A stretch of 64,000 bases of DNA from Candidatus Poribacteria bacterium (GTDB lineage Bacteria; Poribacteria; WGA-4E; WGA-3G), in the NCBI GenBank assembly GCA_009839975.1, contig VXOP01000167.1, forward strand, positions 185-64,184, in the 5' to 3' direction. The notes beneath the pieces were generated by a model. It did not search any database, had not been told where the DNA came from, and saw nothing but the letters and a program-made list of their open reading frames with translations. This document shows, one piece after another, positions 18,936 to 28,663 of this stretch. Within the stretch, counting starts at the first letter, position 1; every line of letters begins with the position of its first letter. Position numbers and translations under genes: made by a program.

Positions 18936-19702
18936 TGCGCGATATGCCGTATCGCTGGATTGAAGCAATTCAGGACAGGGCCGATTACATTGAAGACCAA
19001 CTTAAACCCGGAAGTCCCGTCGTAGGACTTCCTTACGCAGATGGCAGCCTACTTCTTACCGTCAGTAAAGGTGCTCAGAAAATATTTGAAGTTCATGACC
19101 GTATTGCACTTTCCGCCATCGGACATCCTGCCGATATTGAACGTCTCCGTATGCTTGTTACCGATACCGCAAGCGTTCAGGCATTTCAAAGTGCCACTGA
19201 AGATGTGAACCTACACCGGCTCACACATTATGTTTTAGCACATACCTTTAAACAAGCATTTGAATCCATTGTCGGTGAAGCGTACATCATAAAAATGTTG
19301 CTCGTGGAAATTGGCAATGGTGCCCCAGAAACACAATTTACCCATATAAACTACGACGGTAACGTGAAAGTCCAGCACGAATCTGGTGTCATCGGCGGCA
19401 CCGAAGAGATTGAAACCGCTATGCAAAACTATCTCACGGAGGCAAAAAATGATACACCACCTGACCTTGACTCTGCACTGCAGTTAGCATTGAAAACCTG
19501 GGCAGTGGGTAGAAAATTAAGCCAAAGTTTTGCGGATGCAGAAGATAGCAACGAAGTATCAGAAGACGAGATAGATGAGGTTATAAACACTGAATTAGAG
19601 GAAGGCGAAATTGAAGCCGGGATTTTAGATAATTCCTTATCAGGAGACACAAAATTCCGTCTATTGAATAAAGATGAGATAACGCGCACAATCAACAGAT
19701 GA
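18935..19702 (+). CDS. prcA: 20S proteasome alpha subunit PrcA
   Basis: Alpha-type proteasome subunit pattern (PYADGSLLLTVS...). Acidic C-terminal tail. GGAGG RBS 6 nt before the ATG at 18935 (TAATG overlap). The ORF track start is 18914. Confidence 0.7.
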   Translation: MRDMPYRWIEAIQDRADYIEDQLKPGSPVVGLPYADGSLLLTVSKGAQKIFEVHDRIALSAIGHPADIERLRMLVTDTASVQAFQSATEDVNLHRLTHYVLAHTFKQAFESIVGEAYIIKMLLVEIGNGAPETQFTHINYDGNVKVQHESGVIGGTEEIETAMQNYLTEAKNDTPPDLDSALQLALKTWAVGRKLSQSFADAEDSNEVSEDEIDEVINTELEEGEIEAGILDNSLSGDTKFRLLNKDEITRTINR

Positions 19703-19732
19703 TATTAAAAACAGTCATTAAGGAAAGATTCC

Positions 19733-21193
19733 GTGACATACAGAATAATCGGCATTGAAACCGAATTGGGATGCATGGTTCAGCCTCAGACAATGCAGGC
19801 ACAACGTTTGAAAGCCTCCCCTGAGGGTGTTGCCGCGAATATCAGAGACTATGTCTTCAAACATCTTGAACTCGGTATTCCCGATCTGCACTATCGCGAC
19901 TGGGGAGAACCACCCGGTAACGGCGGCTTCCTCTTCAACGGCGGCAGACTCTACATCGATATGGGACATCTTGAATATGCTACACCGGAATGTGCCAATC
20001 TTTTTGACGCAATCGCTTACGACAAGGCAATTGAGCATGTCATCATGGCGATCCTAAAAGAGAACAGACTTGAGTCACACGTCGCCTTCTACAAAAACAA
20101 CATAGACCACTACACAGGGGCAACGTTCGGCTGCCACGAAAACTATCAGGCACGGCGTGATGTGCCGTTTTATAGAATCGTAATCCCAACACTCCTCCCA
20201 TTTTTCGTTACCCGACAAATATATGCTGGTGCAGGTCGAGTCGGTGCTTATGATGACATCATGGAATTCGGAGATGGACAATACAGTCAAGATGACTTTA
20301 TCGGGTACCAGATATCACAACGCGCGGATCACATCGTCACTGAAATCTATGAATGGATTCAGTTCAGTCGCGCAATAATCAATACCCGGGACGAACCGCT
20401 CAGCGATTACACAAAATATCGTAGACTCCATCTCCTTGTCGGCGACACGAACATGTCGGAGTACGCATCAGCACTCAAAATCGGTACAACCGTACTCATT
20501 CTTGATGCTATTGAGAGACATTACGAACGATACGGAGAAAAACTGCCAATCCCAAACCTTGAACTTGTTGACCCGATCGCCGCTATCAGATACATCTCAC
20601 GGGACACCACACTGACATGGGATGTTGACCTACAGAACGGTCAAACTGTCACTGCCATTGATATTCAACGCAAATACCTAAACTTTGTTCAAGACATGAT
20701 GACACGTCCGAATGAGACGACCCAGTGGATACTCACTGAATGGGAAAATGTCCTTGATGACTTAGAAACAGACTGGACACGTCTTACCACCCGACTCGAC
20801 TGGGCTGCAAAGAAATGGTTTCTTGATGCATTAGTGGAGGAAGAAGGTTTGGATTGGGATGACCAGTGGCTCAAGAGCCTTGACTTAGAATACCATAACA
20901 TTGACCCTGAAACTGGGATATTCTATGCACTCCAATCCGAAGGGTGTATGCGTCGCGTGATTACCGACCACCAGATCAGTCATGCCATCACTAACCCACC
21001 CATCAACACGCGCGCAAGGGTCCGCGGGTATCTCATGCGAAACCTGAAGAAGCATAAGATGCAGTGTATAGTGGATTGGCATCACATCTATGCTGGACAA
21101 ACCGAATGTTATGAGATGAAAGAACCCCTTGACACCAACCTACCAAATGCTCGTAGATGGCTAAATCTCCTCAAACTGCGGCAACGGATGTAG
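19733..21193 (+). CDS. pafA: Pup--protein ligase PafA
   Basis: N-terminal YRIIGIETELG. A paralog of the gene at 16292 without the acidic insert. It sits downstream of prcA, as in the actinobacterial arrangement. GTG start. Confidence 0.65.
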   Translation: MTYRIIGIETELGCMVQPQTMQAQRLKASPEGVAANIRDYVFKHLELGIPDLHYRDWGEPPGNGGFLFNGGRLYIDMGHLEYATPECANLFDAIAYDKAIEHVIMAILKENRLESHVAFYKNNIDHYTGATFGCHENYQARRDVPFYRIVIPTLLPFFVTRQIYAGAGRVGAYDDIMEFGDGQYSQDDFIGYQISQRADHIVTEIYEWIQFSRAIINTRDEPLSDYTKYRRLHLLVGDTNMSEYASALKIGTTVLILDAIERHYERYGEKLPIPNLELVDPIAAIRYISRDTTLTWDVDLQNGQTVTAIDIQRKYLNFVQDMMTRPNETTQWILTEWENVLDDLETDWTRLTTRLDWAAKKWFLDALVEEEGLDWDDQWLKSLDLEYHNIDPETGIFYALQSEGCMRRVITDHQISHAITNPPINTRARVRGYLMRNLKKHKMQCIVDWHHIYAGQTECYEMKEPLDTNLPNARRWLNLLKLRQRM

Positions 21194-21268
21194 AACATAA
21201 TCCTGACACAAATACAAAAAATGTGATATAATAATAAGAAATTGATCTGTGATGCAGGAGGAAATTAT

Positions 21269-22486
21269 ATGAGTAGCAGTCCATCTTATCGTATATTAGC
21301 CGAGAAATTAGAAAAGCAGGGAATTCAAGTTGAGATAGTCAAGGAACACCTAAAACAGCAGCATATAGAAACACCCTCATGGGGTTACGGAAATTCCGGC
21401 ACACGATTCGGGGTGTTTGAACAACCCGGTGCTGCGAGGAACGCAGCAGAACGTCTGGAAGATGCAGCAACCGTCCACAGGTTTACAGGTGTTTCACCCA
21501 CTGTCGCACTTCACATCCCATGGGATAAAACCGACGACTGGGGTGCATTGAAACAGTATGCAGCAGATGTCGGTATTGGAATCGGGGCAATTAACCCTAA
21601 CGTCTTTCAAGACCAAGAATATAAACTCGGTAGCGTCTGCAACCCGTATGCAGATATACGTCGTCTTGCAATTGACCACATGTTAGAATGTGTTGACATC
21701 ATGCAGAAGACAGGTTCAGATTTACTGAGTCTCTGGTTTGCTGATGGCACAAACTTCCCCGGACAAGCAAACTTCCGAAAACGTAAGCAGTGGATGACAG
21801 ATGCACTCAGCGAAGTGTATGACGTCCTACCTGATGATACCCGTATGTTGATTGAATACAAGTTCTTTGAACCCGCATTTTACCACACCGATTTAGCCGA
21901 TTGGGGTACCGCTTACCTCATGGCGACTAAACTGGGACCGAAAGCACAAGTACTTGTAGACCTCGGTCATCATCCGCAAGGGACGAATATCGAGTTTATC
22001 GTCGCATACCTTATAGATGAAGGAAAACTTGGTGGTTTTCACTTCAATTGCCGAAAATACGCGGACGATGACCTGACGGTAGGTTCTATCAATCCGCAGG
22101 AACTTTTCCTCATATATAACGAACTCGTCGCAGCTGAACTTGATCCAGAAACAGAAACTGACATCGCTTATATGATCGACCAGAGTCATAACCTAAAACC
22201 GAAAGTGGAAGCAAGCATACAGTCCGTCTGCAACCTACAGAAAGCTTATGCAAAAGCACTATTGGTGGACCGAGACGCATTAGCAGCAGCACAAGATTCT
22301 GCTGACGTTATTGAAGCGGAGAGCATACTTCAGCATGCTTATGAAACCGATGTGAACCCACTCCTTGAACAGGTGCGTTTAGAGATGGGACGCGATCCAC
22401 ATCCATTGACAGCATACCGAAAGAGTGGCTATTATGAGAAGATTAGTAAAGCGCGTATCGGTGGCGAAAGCCAAGGATGGGCATGA
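21269..22486 (+). CDS. L-rhamnose isomerase (RhaA) family sugar isomerase
   Basis: The motif pattern resembles E. coli RhaA ([20 protein letters not shown]...W.ADG, VDLGHH). AGGAGG RBS before the ATG at 21269. The ORF track TTG start is at 21242. Confidence 0.6.
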   Translation: MSSSPSYRILAEKLEKQGIQVEIVKEHLKQQHIETPSWGYGNSGTRFGVFEQPGAARNAAERLEDAATVHRFTGVSPTVALHIPWDKTDDWGALKQYAADVGIGIGAINPNVFQDQEYKLGSVCNPYADIRRLAIDHMLECVDIMQKTGSDLLSLWFADGTNFPGQANFRKRKQWMTDALSEVYDVLPDDTRMLIEYKFFEPAFYHTDLADWGTAYLMATKLGPKAQVLVDLGHHPQGTNIEFIVAYLIDEGKLGGFHFNCRKYADDDLTVGSINPQELFLIYNELVAAELDPETETDIAYMIDQSHNLKPKVEASIQSVCNLQKAYAKALLVDRDALAAAQDSADVIEAESILQHAYETDVNPLLEQVRLEMGRDPHPLTAYRKSGYYEKISKARIGGESQGWA

Positions 22487-23157
22487 AAACAGAACACCTC
22501 AAAAAGATTGCTGCTGAAAAAGCGACAGAAGAGATACAAAACGGAATGGTTGTCGGATTGGGAACCGGTTCAACTGTTTACTACGCACTCTTAAAACTTG
22601 GCGGAATGGTGCGAAACGGTCTTGATATCATCGGAATTCCTACCTCCGAAGCTACAGAAAAGATCGCAACTGAACAAGGTGTCAGACTTTCAACACTTGC
22701 AGAACATGCCACAATAGAATTAACGATAGACGGTGCTGATGAAGTAGACCCACGTCTCAATTTAATCAAAGGTGGTGGTGCAGCTTTGGTTAGAGAGAAA
22801 ATCATTGCAAACGCATCAAAACGCCTCCTCATTGTTGTTGATGAAAGCAAGGTGTCTCAAGTCATCGGAACAACTTATGCACTACCCGTGGAAATAATAA
22901 AGTTCGGGTGGGAAGCGACACAACGCATGGTCAATCAGATTTGCGGGAAGTCTGACTTGCGAGGGGGAATACAAAAACCGTTGATTACAGATAACGGAAA
23001 CTATATCTTAGACTGCAAATTCAATGGAATTCCTGAACCTGAAAAGATGGAGTTATTACTGAACAACATTCCCGGCGTGGTCGAGAACGGTATTTTCGCA
23101 AAACGCGCAGACAAGGTGATAATCGGCACAACAGATGGCATAAAATACATGGCGTAG
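22477..23157 (+). CDS. rpiA: Ribose-5-phosphate isomerase A
   Basis: [19 protein letters not shown] and [12 protein letters not shown] are signature RpiA motifs. 226 aa. Confidence 0.85.
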   Translation: MGMKTEHLKKIAAEKATEEIQNGMVVGLGTGSTVYYALLKLGGMVRNGLDIIGIPTSEATEKIATEQGVRLSTLAEHATIELTIDGADEVDPRLNLIKGGGAALVREKIIANASKRLLIVVDESKVSQVIGTTYALPVEIIKFGWEATQRMVNQICGKSDLRGGIQKPLITDNGNYILDCKFNGIPEPEKMELLLNNIPGVVENGIFAKRADKVIIGTTDGIKYMA

Positions 23158-23162
23158 GAATA

Positions 23163-23972
23163 ATGGTCAAGAAACTATACTCCTTATCTATATTACTTAC
23201 TGCCTGCCTTATATTTGCTGTTCCCGCTACGGGTGAAATCTTTACAGAAAGTGGATTAGTAGATATCCCATCAGGCAAAGTGTTAGAACACGGGATATTT
23301 GGTGTAGGTGTATATGCACCCTTTCAAAATTCAACGCATTTCAAACGGGATCCTGTTGCTTTCCGTGTCAACTTCGGCATGTTTGATAGGATTGAAATCA
23401 GTGGTTCACACATACTACCACAGGACAATGACGCTTCACGATCCTTCTTGGGACACCTAAAAGCACAACTCCTCGTAGAATCAGGAAAAATACCTGATAT
23501 TGCAATCGGTATTGACAATCTCGGCGATAATGTTATTCAAGAGTGGGATACCTACCATGCGAATTCCGCATATCTTGTTATCAGTAAGACTTTCAATCTT
23601 CCACGCATTCATCTGATTTCGGGACACATTGGACTTGGTAATAACCGTTTTGCAATAGATGATAATCCTATCGGCATGTTTGTGGGTTTAAGCACAGAAC
23701 TTCGTCCCGCTTTTGCAAGAGACGATATTAAACTCAGTCTGGAATTTGACGGTGCCGGTATCAATGCAGGTATACAGCATACTGCAAACAGTGGTTTACG
23801 CATCTCCTTGGGTGTTGAGACACTAAACAGGCCGGAAGATATCCGTTACTTCGCAGCAATTTCGTGGTCAAATGCTAAGTTGATGGAACAGATAGCAGGT
23901 GCAAACCGCCTCGCGCAACAAGCAGCAAAACTTGCAAGTCAAGCGAAAAAAGAGAAAACATCAGAAAGATAG
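23163..23972 (+). CDS. Hypothetical secreted protein
   Basis: N-terminal signal peptide (LSILLTACLIFAVPATGE). It may be a beta-barrel protein. No known motif recognised. Confidence 0.45.
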   Translation: MVKKLYSLSILLTACLIFAVPATGEIFTESGLVDIPSGKVLEHGIFGVGVYAPFQNSTHFKRDPVAFRVNFGMFDRIEISGSHILPQDNDASRSFLGHLKAQLLVESGKIPDIAIGIDNLGDNVIQEWDTYHANSAYLVISKTFNLPRIHLISGHIGLGNNRFAIDDNPIGMFVGLSTELRPAFARDDIKLSLEFDGAGINAGIQHTANSGLRISLGVETLNRPEDIRYFAAISWSNAKLMEQIAGANRLAQQAAKLASQAKKEKTSER

Positions 23973-23998
23973 ACACATTTTCAAACCTGCCGAGGAAC

Positions 23999-24895
23999 CT
24001 ACTGCTCTACCTCAATAGATTTCATTACATTTTGCAGTGATTTTAGTAATTCTGTGGAAAAATCTTGTGGTGGCACAAGGATAATCTCAATCCGACGATT
24101 CTTCGCTTTTGCATCGTCTGTACCTGCAGTATCGATTGGTTGGTAGAAAGCATATCCTGTTCCCGATAGACGTTCTGGTGCTATGTCAGCATTTTCCTGC
24201 AAATATTTGACAGCGGAGATTGAACGTTGCGTTGAAAGGTCCCAGTTTCGCAAGGCAGAACCTGCAATTGGGTTGTTATCCGTATGTCCTTCTACCCGAA
24301 TTGCGTATTCGGAATAATCAGCGTTTAGCAACACCTCTTTTGCAATTGCATCAAGAAGCGCTTTCCCTTCTTTGCTAAGTATTGCACTGCCTGTTTCAAA
24401 CAGTATTTTTCCTTTCACATCAAGCGTCAGTCGTCCAGCTTCATCTAAAACAGCACCGACTGTATCTTTGAATTTATCTTGGATAGCGGCGATTGAACGT
24501 TCAGACTGATCACGGATCCGTTTTAATTCTGATTCAATCTCGGTGAGTTTTGTCCGGAGATTCTCTTTCTCACTTTCAAGGCTGGCTTTATCCTCTTGTA
24601 GTTTATTTCGTTCAGCAGCGATTTTCTTTGCAGCTTCGCTCTCATTTTCCAATATCTCTTTTGTATTGTTAAGTTCTGTTTTTGTTTTTTCTAATGTCTT
24701 CTCTGTTTCTGCTAACTTCTCATCCAGTTCTGTTTTTGCAGTTTCAGTTTCTTGTAACGTGTTCTTTGTCGTAGTCAGGTCTAATTCCGTCTTTTTGAGT
24801 TTATCAGAAGTTGTATAAAGCAGAACTGACAAAACAACAACGGCAATGACTGCGATAATTAGTGATATGATTGAAATGATCGTCTTTTTACTCAT
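23999..24895 (-). CDS. OmpA/MotB-domain protein with N-terminal TM and coiled-coil
   Basis: C-terminal OmpA-like peptidoglycan-binding motifs (IRVEGHTDNNPI...NRRIEI). A long heptad-repeat region. N-terminal TM helix. Confidence 0.7.
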   Translation of the reverse strand: MSKKTIISIISLIIAVIAVVVLSVLLYTTSDKLKKTELDLTTTKNTLQETETAKTELDEKLAETEKTLEKTKTELNNTKEILENESEAAKKIAAERNKLQEDKASLESEKENLRTKLTEIESELKRIRDQSERSIAAIQDKFKDTVGAVLDEAGRLTLDVKGKILFETGSAILSKEGKALLDAIAKEVLLNADYSEYAIRVEGHTDNNPIAGSALRNWDLSTQRSISAVKYLQENADIAPERLSGTGYAFYQPIDTAGTDDAKAKNRRIEIILVPPQDFSTELLKSLQNVMKSIEVEQ

Positions 24896-24896
24896 T

Positions 24897-25193
24897 TTAC
24901 GCTCCTTGTAAACTTAGTATCGTATCAAAGTTATCGTCTTTGGACGTTTTGTTCTTTTTCGTAATCCCGCACGTAGTACATCGGTGGATAAGCACATAGT
25001 TCCCGCGTTTCAATGTAAATCCTATCGGTTCCATTAACCCGAGACATGTTTCTGCACGATCACCAGGATTCACATCTACATGTTGACTCCAAAGACATTT
25101 CGGACAGTGATTGGTATATCCATCTCCTTTTACAAACGTGCCGCAATATTCGCAAGTAAAATCTTCAACGTGGCGTTGGAATAGTTTCTTCAC
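24897..25193 (-). CDS. RNHCP-domain zinc-ribbon protein
   Basis: 98 aa with CEYCG...NHCPKC...CTTCG Cys pairs. The stop is 20 nt after the upstream ATPase gene on the same strand. Confidence 0.4.
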   Translation of the reverse strand: MKKLFQRHVEDFTCEYCGTFVKGDGYTNHCPKCLWSQHVDVNPGDRAETCLGLMEPIGFTLKRGNYVLIHRCTTCGITKKNKTSKDDNFDTILSLQGA

Positions 25194-25212
25194 TTGTCAC
25201 TTTCGATTTCTT

Positions 25213-26469
25213 TCATTCAATCAAACTCAATTGTTCAGCATTCCTTGTTAGGACGATCTCTCCCACCGTAAACCCATTTTTTAAAAGAGTACACACATCC
25301 TCAAAATCTGAAGCAGGTTTAACTAAGGTTCCAATTCTGTCAGGTATAAGCATAAGTACTTCCCTACCGTCAATGCCGGGTTCAGTAAGAAGAGTATCAC
25401 TTTGTGTACTGACTAACACTTGGCACCGTCTGTTTCTTCCCATAATGGAAATCATAGGTGCAAGTTGGGAGACAATCCCAAGGTTCAACGAAAGTTCTGG
25501 TTCCTCTAACAGAATAACGGAATCGTTTTCAAGAAGGGACCAAAAAAGTCCCACAAGTCGTAGCATACCGTCAGAAAAATGATCTTCGCGCAGCCCATTC
25601 TTATTTGAACGCCAATGTGTGGAATATGCTTCTAAATGCGGTTTCCCTGTTGTTTTATCGCGAACAAACTCCAGTTTCTCAAAATGTGGAATTGCAATTT
25701 TGAGTGCATGTTCTATTTTTTTCAGACGAGAACGTCGGGTACTGGGATGAACACTGGCAATTCTGTCAAGAAACATCTGTCCAAACGGATCCTCTTCAAC
25801 TACCTTGCCTTGAATCGCGTCAGCATATTGTATAAACTGCGGAACAAGATGGAGATAGGTGACATTTCTTAAGAAACTGCTAATTTCTCTAAACTTAGCA
25901 TTGGTAGCACTCTGTTCAAGAGCAGTTTGAGTGAGACGGGTGGGGTCGTCTTTATCAAAATTATCAGGTCTAAGAAGAAGAAGCTCATCGTCTTTCCATA
26001 CACGTTCATGTGTTATATAGGTATGTTGATGTGCTTGAGGACATTTGAGGAATCCTAACGTATACCGCCATGTTGCTGGTGTATCTGCAGCTTCTGCTAT
26101 GTGAAGTTCAATACTCACTTCAGCATCGTGTGGTGCAGCTAAACATCTAATTTTGGAGACACCACCTCGAACCTTCACTGCTTTCTGGAACCCTCCACCG
26201 TCGACTTTTACAATATCACGCAGAAAACGAAATATGTCAAGTAGATTAGATTTACCAGAAGCATTCGGACCAATGATAAACTGCCGTTCCCTAAGAGGAA
26301 CATCTATTTGACGAAAATTCCTCCAGTTTTTAGCAATAAGTCGATTGATGATCACTATTTTAATCCTTTTGACAGCAAACAGATTATAAAAACATTCTCC
26401 AATACTATAATTATACCACCATTCAGATATTAATTCCAAATCAAACATATCCAAATCGCACCTTGACAT
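25213..26469 (-). CDS. AAA_21/ABC-type ATPase (OLD/RecF-like, abortive-infection-type)
   Basis: Walker A IIGPNASGKSNLLD. Signature-like SDGMLRL. Walker B ILLEEPELSLN. H-loop VSTQSD. The true start is probably internal to the ORF-track start. Confidence 0.65.
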   Translation of the reverse strand: MSRCDLDMFDLELISEWWYNYSIGECFYNLFAVKRIKIVIINRLIAKNWRNFRQIDVPLRERQFIIGPNASGKSNLLDIFRFLRDIVKVDGGGFQKAVKVRGGVSKIRCLAAPHDAEVSIELHIAEAADTPATWRYTLGFLKCPQAHQHTYITHERVWKDDELLLLRPDNFDKDDPTRLTQTALEQSATNAKFREISSFLRNVTYLHLVPQFIQYADAIQGKVVEEDPFGQMFLDRIASVHPSTRRSRLKKIEHALKIAIPHFEKLEFVRDKTTGKPHLEAYSTHWRSNKNGLREDHFSDGMLRLVGLFWSLLENDSVILLEEPELSLNLGIVSQLAPMISIMGRNRRCQVLVSTQSDTLLTEPGIDGREVLMLIPDRIGTLVKPASDFEDVCTLLKNGFTVGEIVLTRNAEQLSLIE

Positions 26470-26489
26470 ATTCTTTCAAATTGTATAGA
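26463..26489 (+). promoter_or_regulatory. Putative promoter TTGACA-15-TATAGA for the heptosyltransferase gene
   Basis: TTGACA 26463-26468. TATAGA 26484-26489. The ATG follows at 26499. Confidence 0.3.
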
Positions 26490-26498
26490 CTTAAAAAA

Positions 26499-27614
26499 AT
26501 GTTTCAAAACGCATCCGAAATTCTTATGCTAATCGCTTCTGCATTTGTACAGTGGCTCTTCTATCGGAAACGTGTGCCGAAAGATTTCTTCCCCAAACGC
26601 ATCCTCGTGGTAAAGCTTGATCATATAGGAGATGTCCTTTTATCGACACCCGTTTTTACCAATTTGCGAAGAGCATATCCAGACGCAGAGATACATGCAT
26701 TGACTGGTAGTTGGAGTCGTATTATATTGGAAAATCATCCTGATGTTAATAGGGTGTTTGAATACAATTCACCGATGTTTTGCCGTTCAGGACACCCCAC
26801 ATCACTAAGGGAAACAATCCAGCTTTATCGTGCGTTGCGACAAGCAAAGTACGATCTGCTAATAGAACTACGTGGGGATTGGCGATTTGTAATATTCGCA
26901 TTATTACGTTTCACTACAAGACGTATTAATCGTGCCTCCCTTCAGTTAGCAAATAGGTTTGGATTCCGATCATTCAGTGGTAAGCATGAGACGATTCGTA
27001 ATCTTGATGTTCTAAAGCAAGCAGGTATTCCAACACCGATACAGAACACTACCTTTACCGTAAAAGCAGAAGATCAAGAATGGTCAGTTGATTTTCTAAA
27101 ATCATATCAAATTGAAGGTGATCGTCCTATTATTGCAATTCATCCAGGGTCCCCGATACCGCAAAAGAGATGGTTGACTGGACGTTATGCAGAATTAGCG
27201 GATTGGTTGATTTCACAGAGACGGGCAAGAATCCTGTTTGTTGGTGTCAAGGACGAAATGCCGATCATCAACGCAATTCAGGATAAGATGCAGGGCGAAT
27301 CAGTAAATATTGCTGGTGAAACTAATGTGCCACAGTTGGCATCAATTTTGCTTAAATGTGATATATTTATCGGAAATGATAGCGGACCAATGCATCTTGC
27401 TGCAGCTGTTGGTACGCATACAATCGGGTTGTTCGGTCCAGGAGACCCAGAAAGGTTTGCCCCTGTCGGAGAAAAGTGTTGGACAATACGGAAGAAACTT
27501 GACTGTCCACCTTGTCCTGGCAAAGTCTGTAAATTCGGTTCAGACGGTTGTATGGCTATGATACAGGTGGCAGACGTGACGCAATGTATAGAAACTACGG
27601 TTTGTGATACATGA
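26499..27614 (+). CDS. Glycosyltransferase family 9 (ADP-heptose:LPS heptosyltransferase-like)
   Basis: ILVVKLDHIGDVLLSTPV, IAIHPGS and GNDSGPMHLAAAVGTHTIGLFGP motifs. A Cys-rich C-terminal tail. Confidence 0.75.
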   Translation: MFQNASEILMLIASAFVQWLFYRKRVPKDFFPKRILVVKLDHIGDVLLSTPVFTNLRRAYPDAEIHALTGSWSRIILENHPDVNRVFEYNSPMFCRSGHPTSLRETIQLYRALRQAKYDLLIELRGDWRFVIFALLRFTTRRINRASLQLANRFGFRSFSGKHETIRNLDVLKQAGIPTPIQNTTFTVKAEDQEWSVDFLKSYQIEGDRPIIAIHPGSPIPQKRWLTGRYAELADWLISQRRARILFVGVKDEMPIINAIQDKMQGESVNIAGETNVPQLASILLKCDIFIGNDSGPMHLAAAVGTHTIGLFGPGDPERFAPVGEKCWTIRKKLDCPPCPGKVCKFGSDGCMAMIQVADVTQCIETTVCDT

Positions 27615-27646
27615 GAACGTAGGACATAATTTGTCTTGTATTTTTC

Positions 27647-27675
27647 TTGACAGATTTTTGCAAAGATGCTATGAT
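27647..27675 (+). promoter_or_regulatory. Consensus sigma70-type promoter TTGACA-17-TATGAT
   Basis: It has the same hexamers as the promoter at 5124. It is followed by an AAAACTT-AAAA-AAGTTTT 5'UTR hairpin and a GGAGGA RBS. Confidence 0.5.
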
Positions 27676-27799
27676 ACACTTATACAACATCTTATGATAT
27701 ACAGAAAACTTAAAAAAGTTTCTTTTCTTTATACGAGCATTAGCACAATTATATTGAATACAATCTTTGAGACGTACAACAAGTCTATGGAGGAATAAA

Positions 27800-28453
27800 A
27801 TGAAATGGCAATCAATCCGTATCTTTCTCACACTTCTCGCTATATGCATCATAAGCATTGGCATGCTAAGTTGCGGAAGTGATGATGAACCCACGGACAG
27901 AACACCTACAGACCCATCGGAACCTATAGTCATCGCGACAGCTGAGCCGATCGATTTTGAGGCAGAAAAAAGTGAGATACAACAAGTTTATGGTGCTTTC
28001 TATTCAGCTTTCAACAGAAGAAAGTTAGTAGACATTCGGAAAATATGGAAAGAACATCCTGTCCATGCACAATTTCGTGTGGCATGGGTAGCAGGGGGTT
28101 TCGTTGAACCCGTCGGACCATCAGCAGGGTGGACCCAAGTTAAAGGCACAATAGAAGGTCTATGGACGGGACAAGGCACTAACAATCAGAATTGGACAGG
28201 TAGTAATCGGTTTAGCCAATTTTGGATTCGTAGATCAAGGTCTGATCCAAATACTTTAGAAGCGAGTGCAAGAGCTTCTGCTTCTTATAGGTCGCAAGGT
28301 TCCGGGGTAACCTATGCATACTTGGTTAAGAACGAACACGAAGACTGGCAGCTCCAACAAATTGACAGCGTGACAGGAAATGTTATTAATATGGGTCGTG
28401 GGGATCCTGAAATCTCTAAATACTTTACTGACGAATCTGCTAAAGCCCCATAG
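27800..28453 (+). CDS. Hypothetical lipoprotein
   Basis: The lipobox-like signal LAICIISIGMLSCGS suggests a lipoprotein. Start taken at MKWQ after GGAGGAATAAAATG. The ORF-track start is 27767. Confidence 0.45.
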   Translation: MKWQSIRIFLTLLAICIISIGMLSCGSDDEPTDRTPTDPSEPIVIATAEPIDFEAEKSEIQQVYGAFYSAFNRRKLVDIRKIWKEHPVHAQFRVAWVAGGFVEPVGPSAGWTQVKGTIEGLWTGQGTNNQNWTGSNRFSQFWIRRSRSDPNTLEASARASASYRSQGSGVTYAYLVKNEHEDWQLQQIDSVTGNVINMGRGDPEISKYFTDESAKAP

Positions 28454-28455
28454 GA

Positions 28456-28501
28456 TGCACGAAATTGTGCAACTACAAATCTGGACTGCACAAATTTGTG
28501 C
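28456..28501. promoter_or_regulatory. Two tandem palindromes (GCACGAAATTGTGC and TGCACAAATTTGTGCA)
   Basis: A 16-nt perfect palindrome at 28486-28501 and a near-palindrome at 28457-28470. They lie in the gap upstream of the gene at 28664. Confidence 0.3.
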
Positions 28502-28663
28502 AAAAATTATCCGGATATCGTAGAGAATTACAACTACAACTAACTTAGTTAATGGCATAGAAATTGCACAGATGTCAAGTAGGTATTATTGTACTGCCTT
28601 ATACTTTAAGAACATATTTTCGTTGAGAATCTATACATTAATAATAATCATGTGAGGTAAAAA

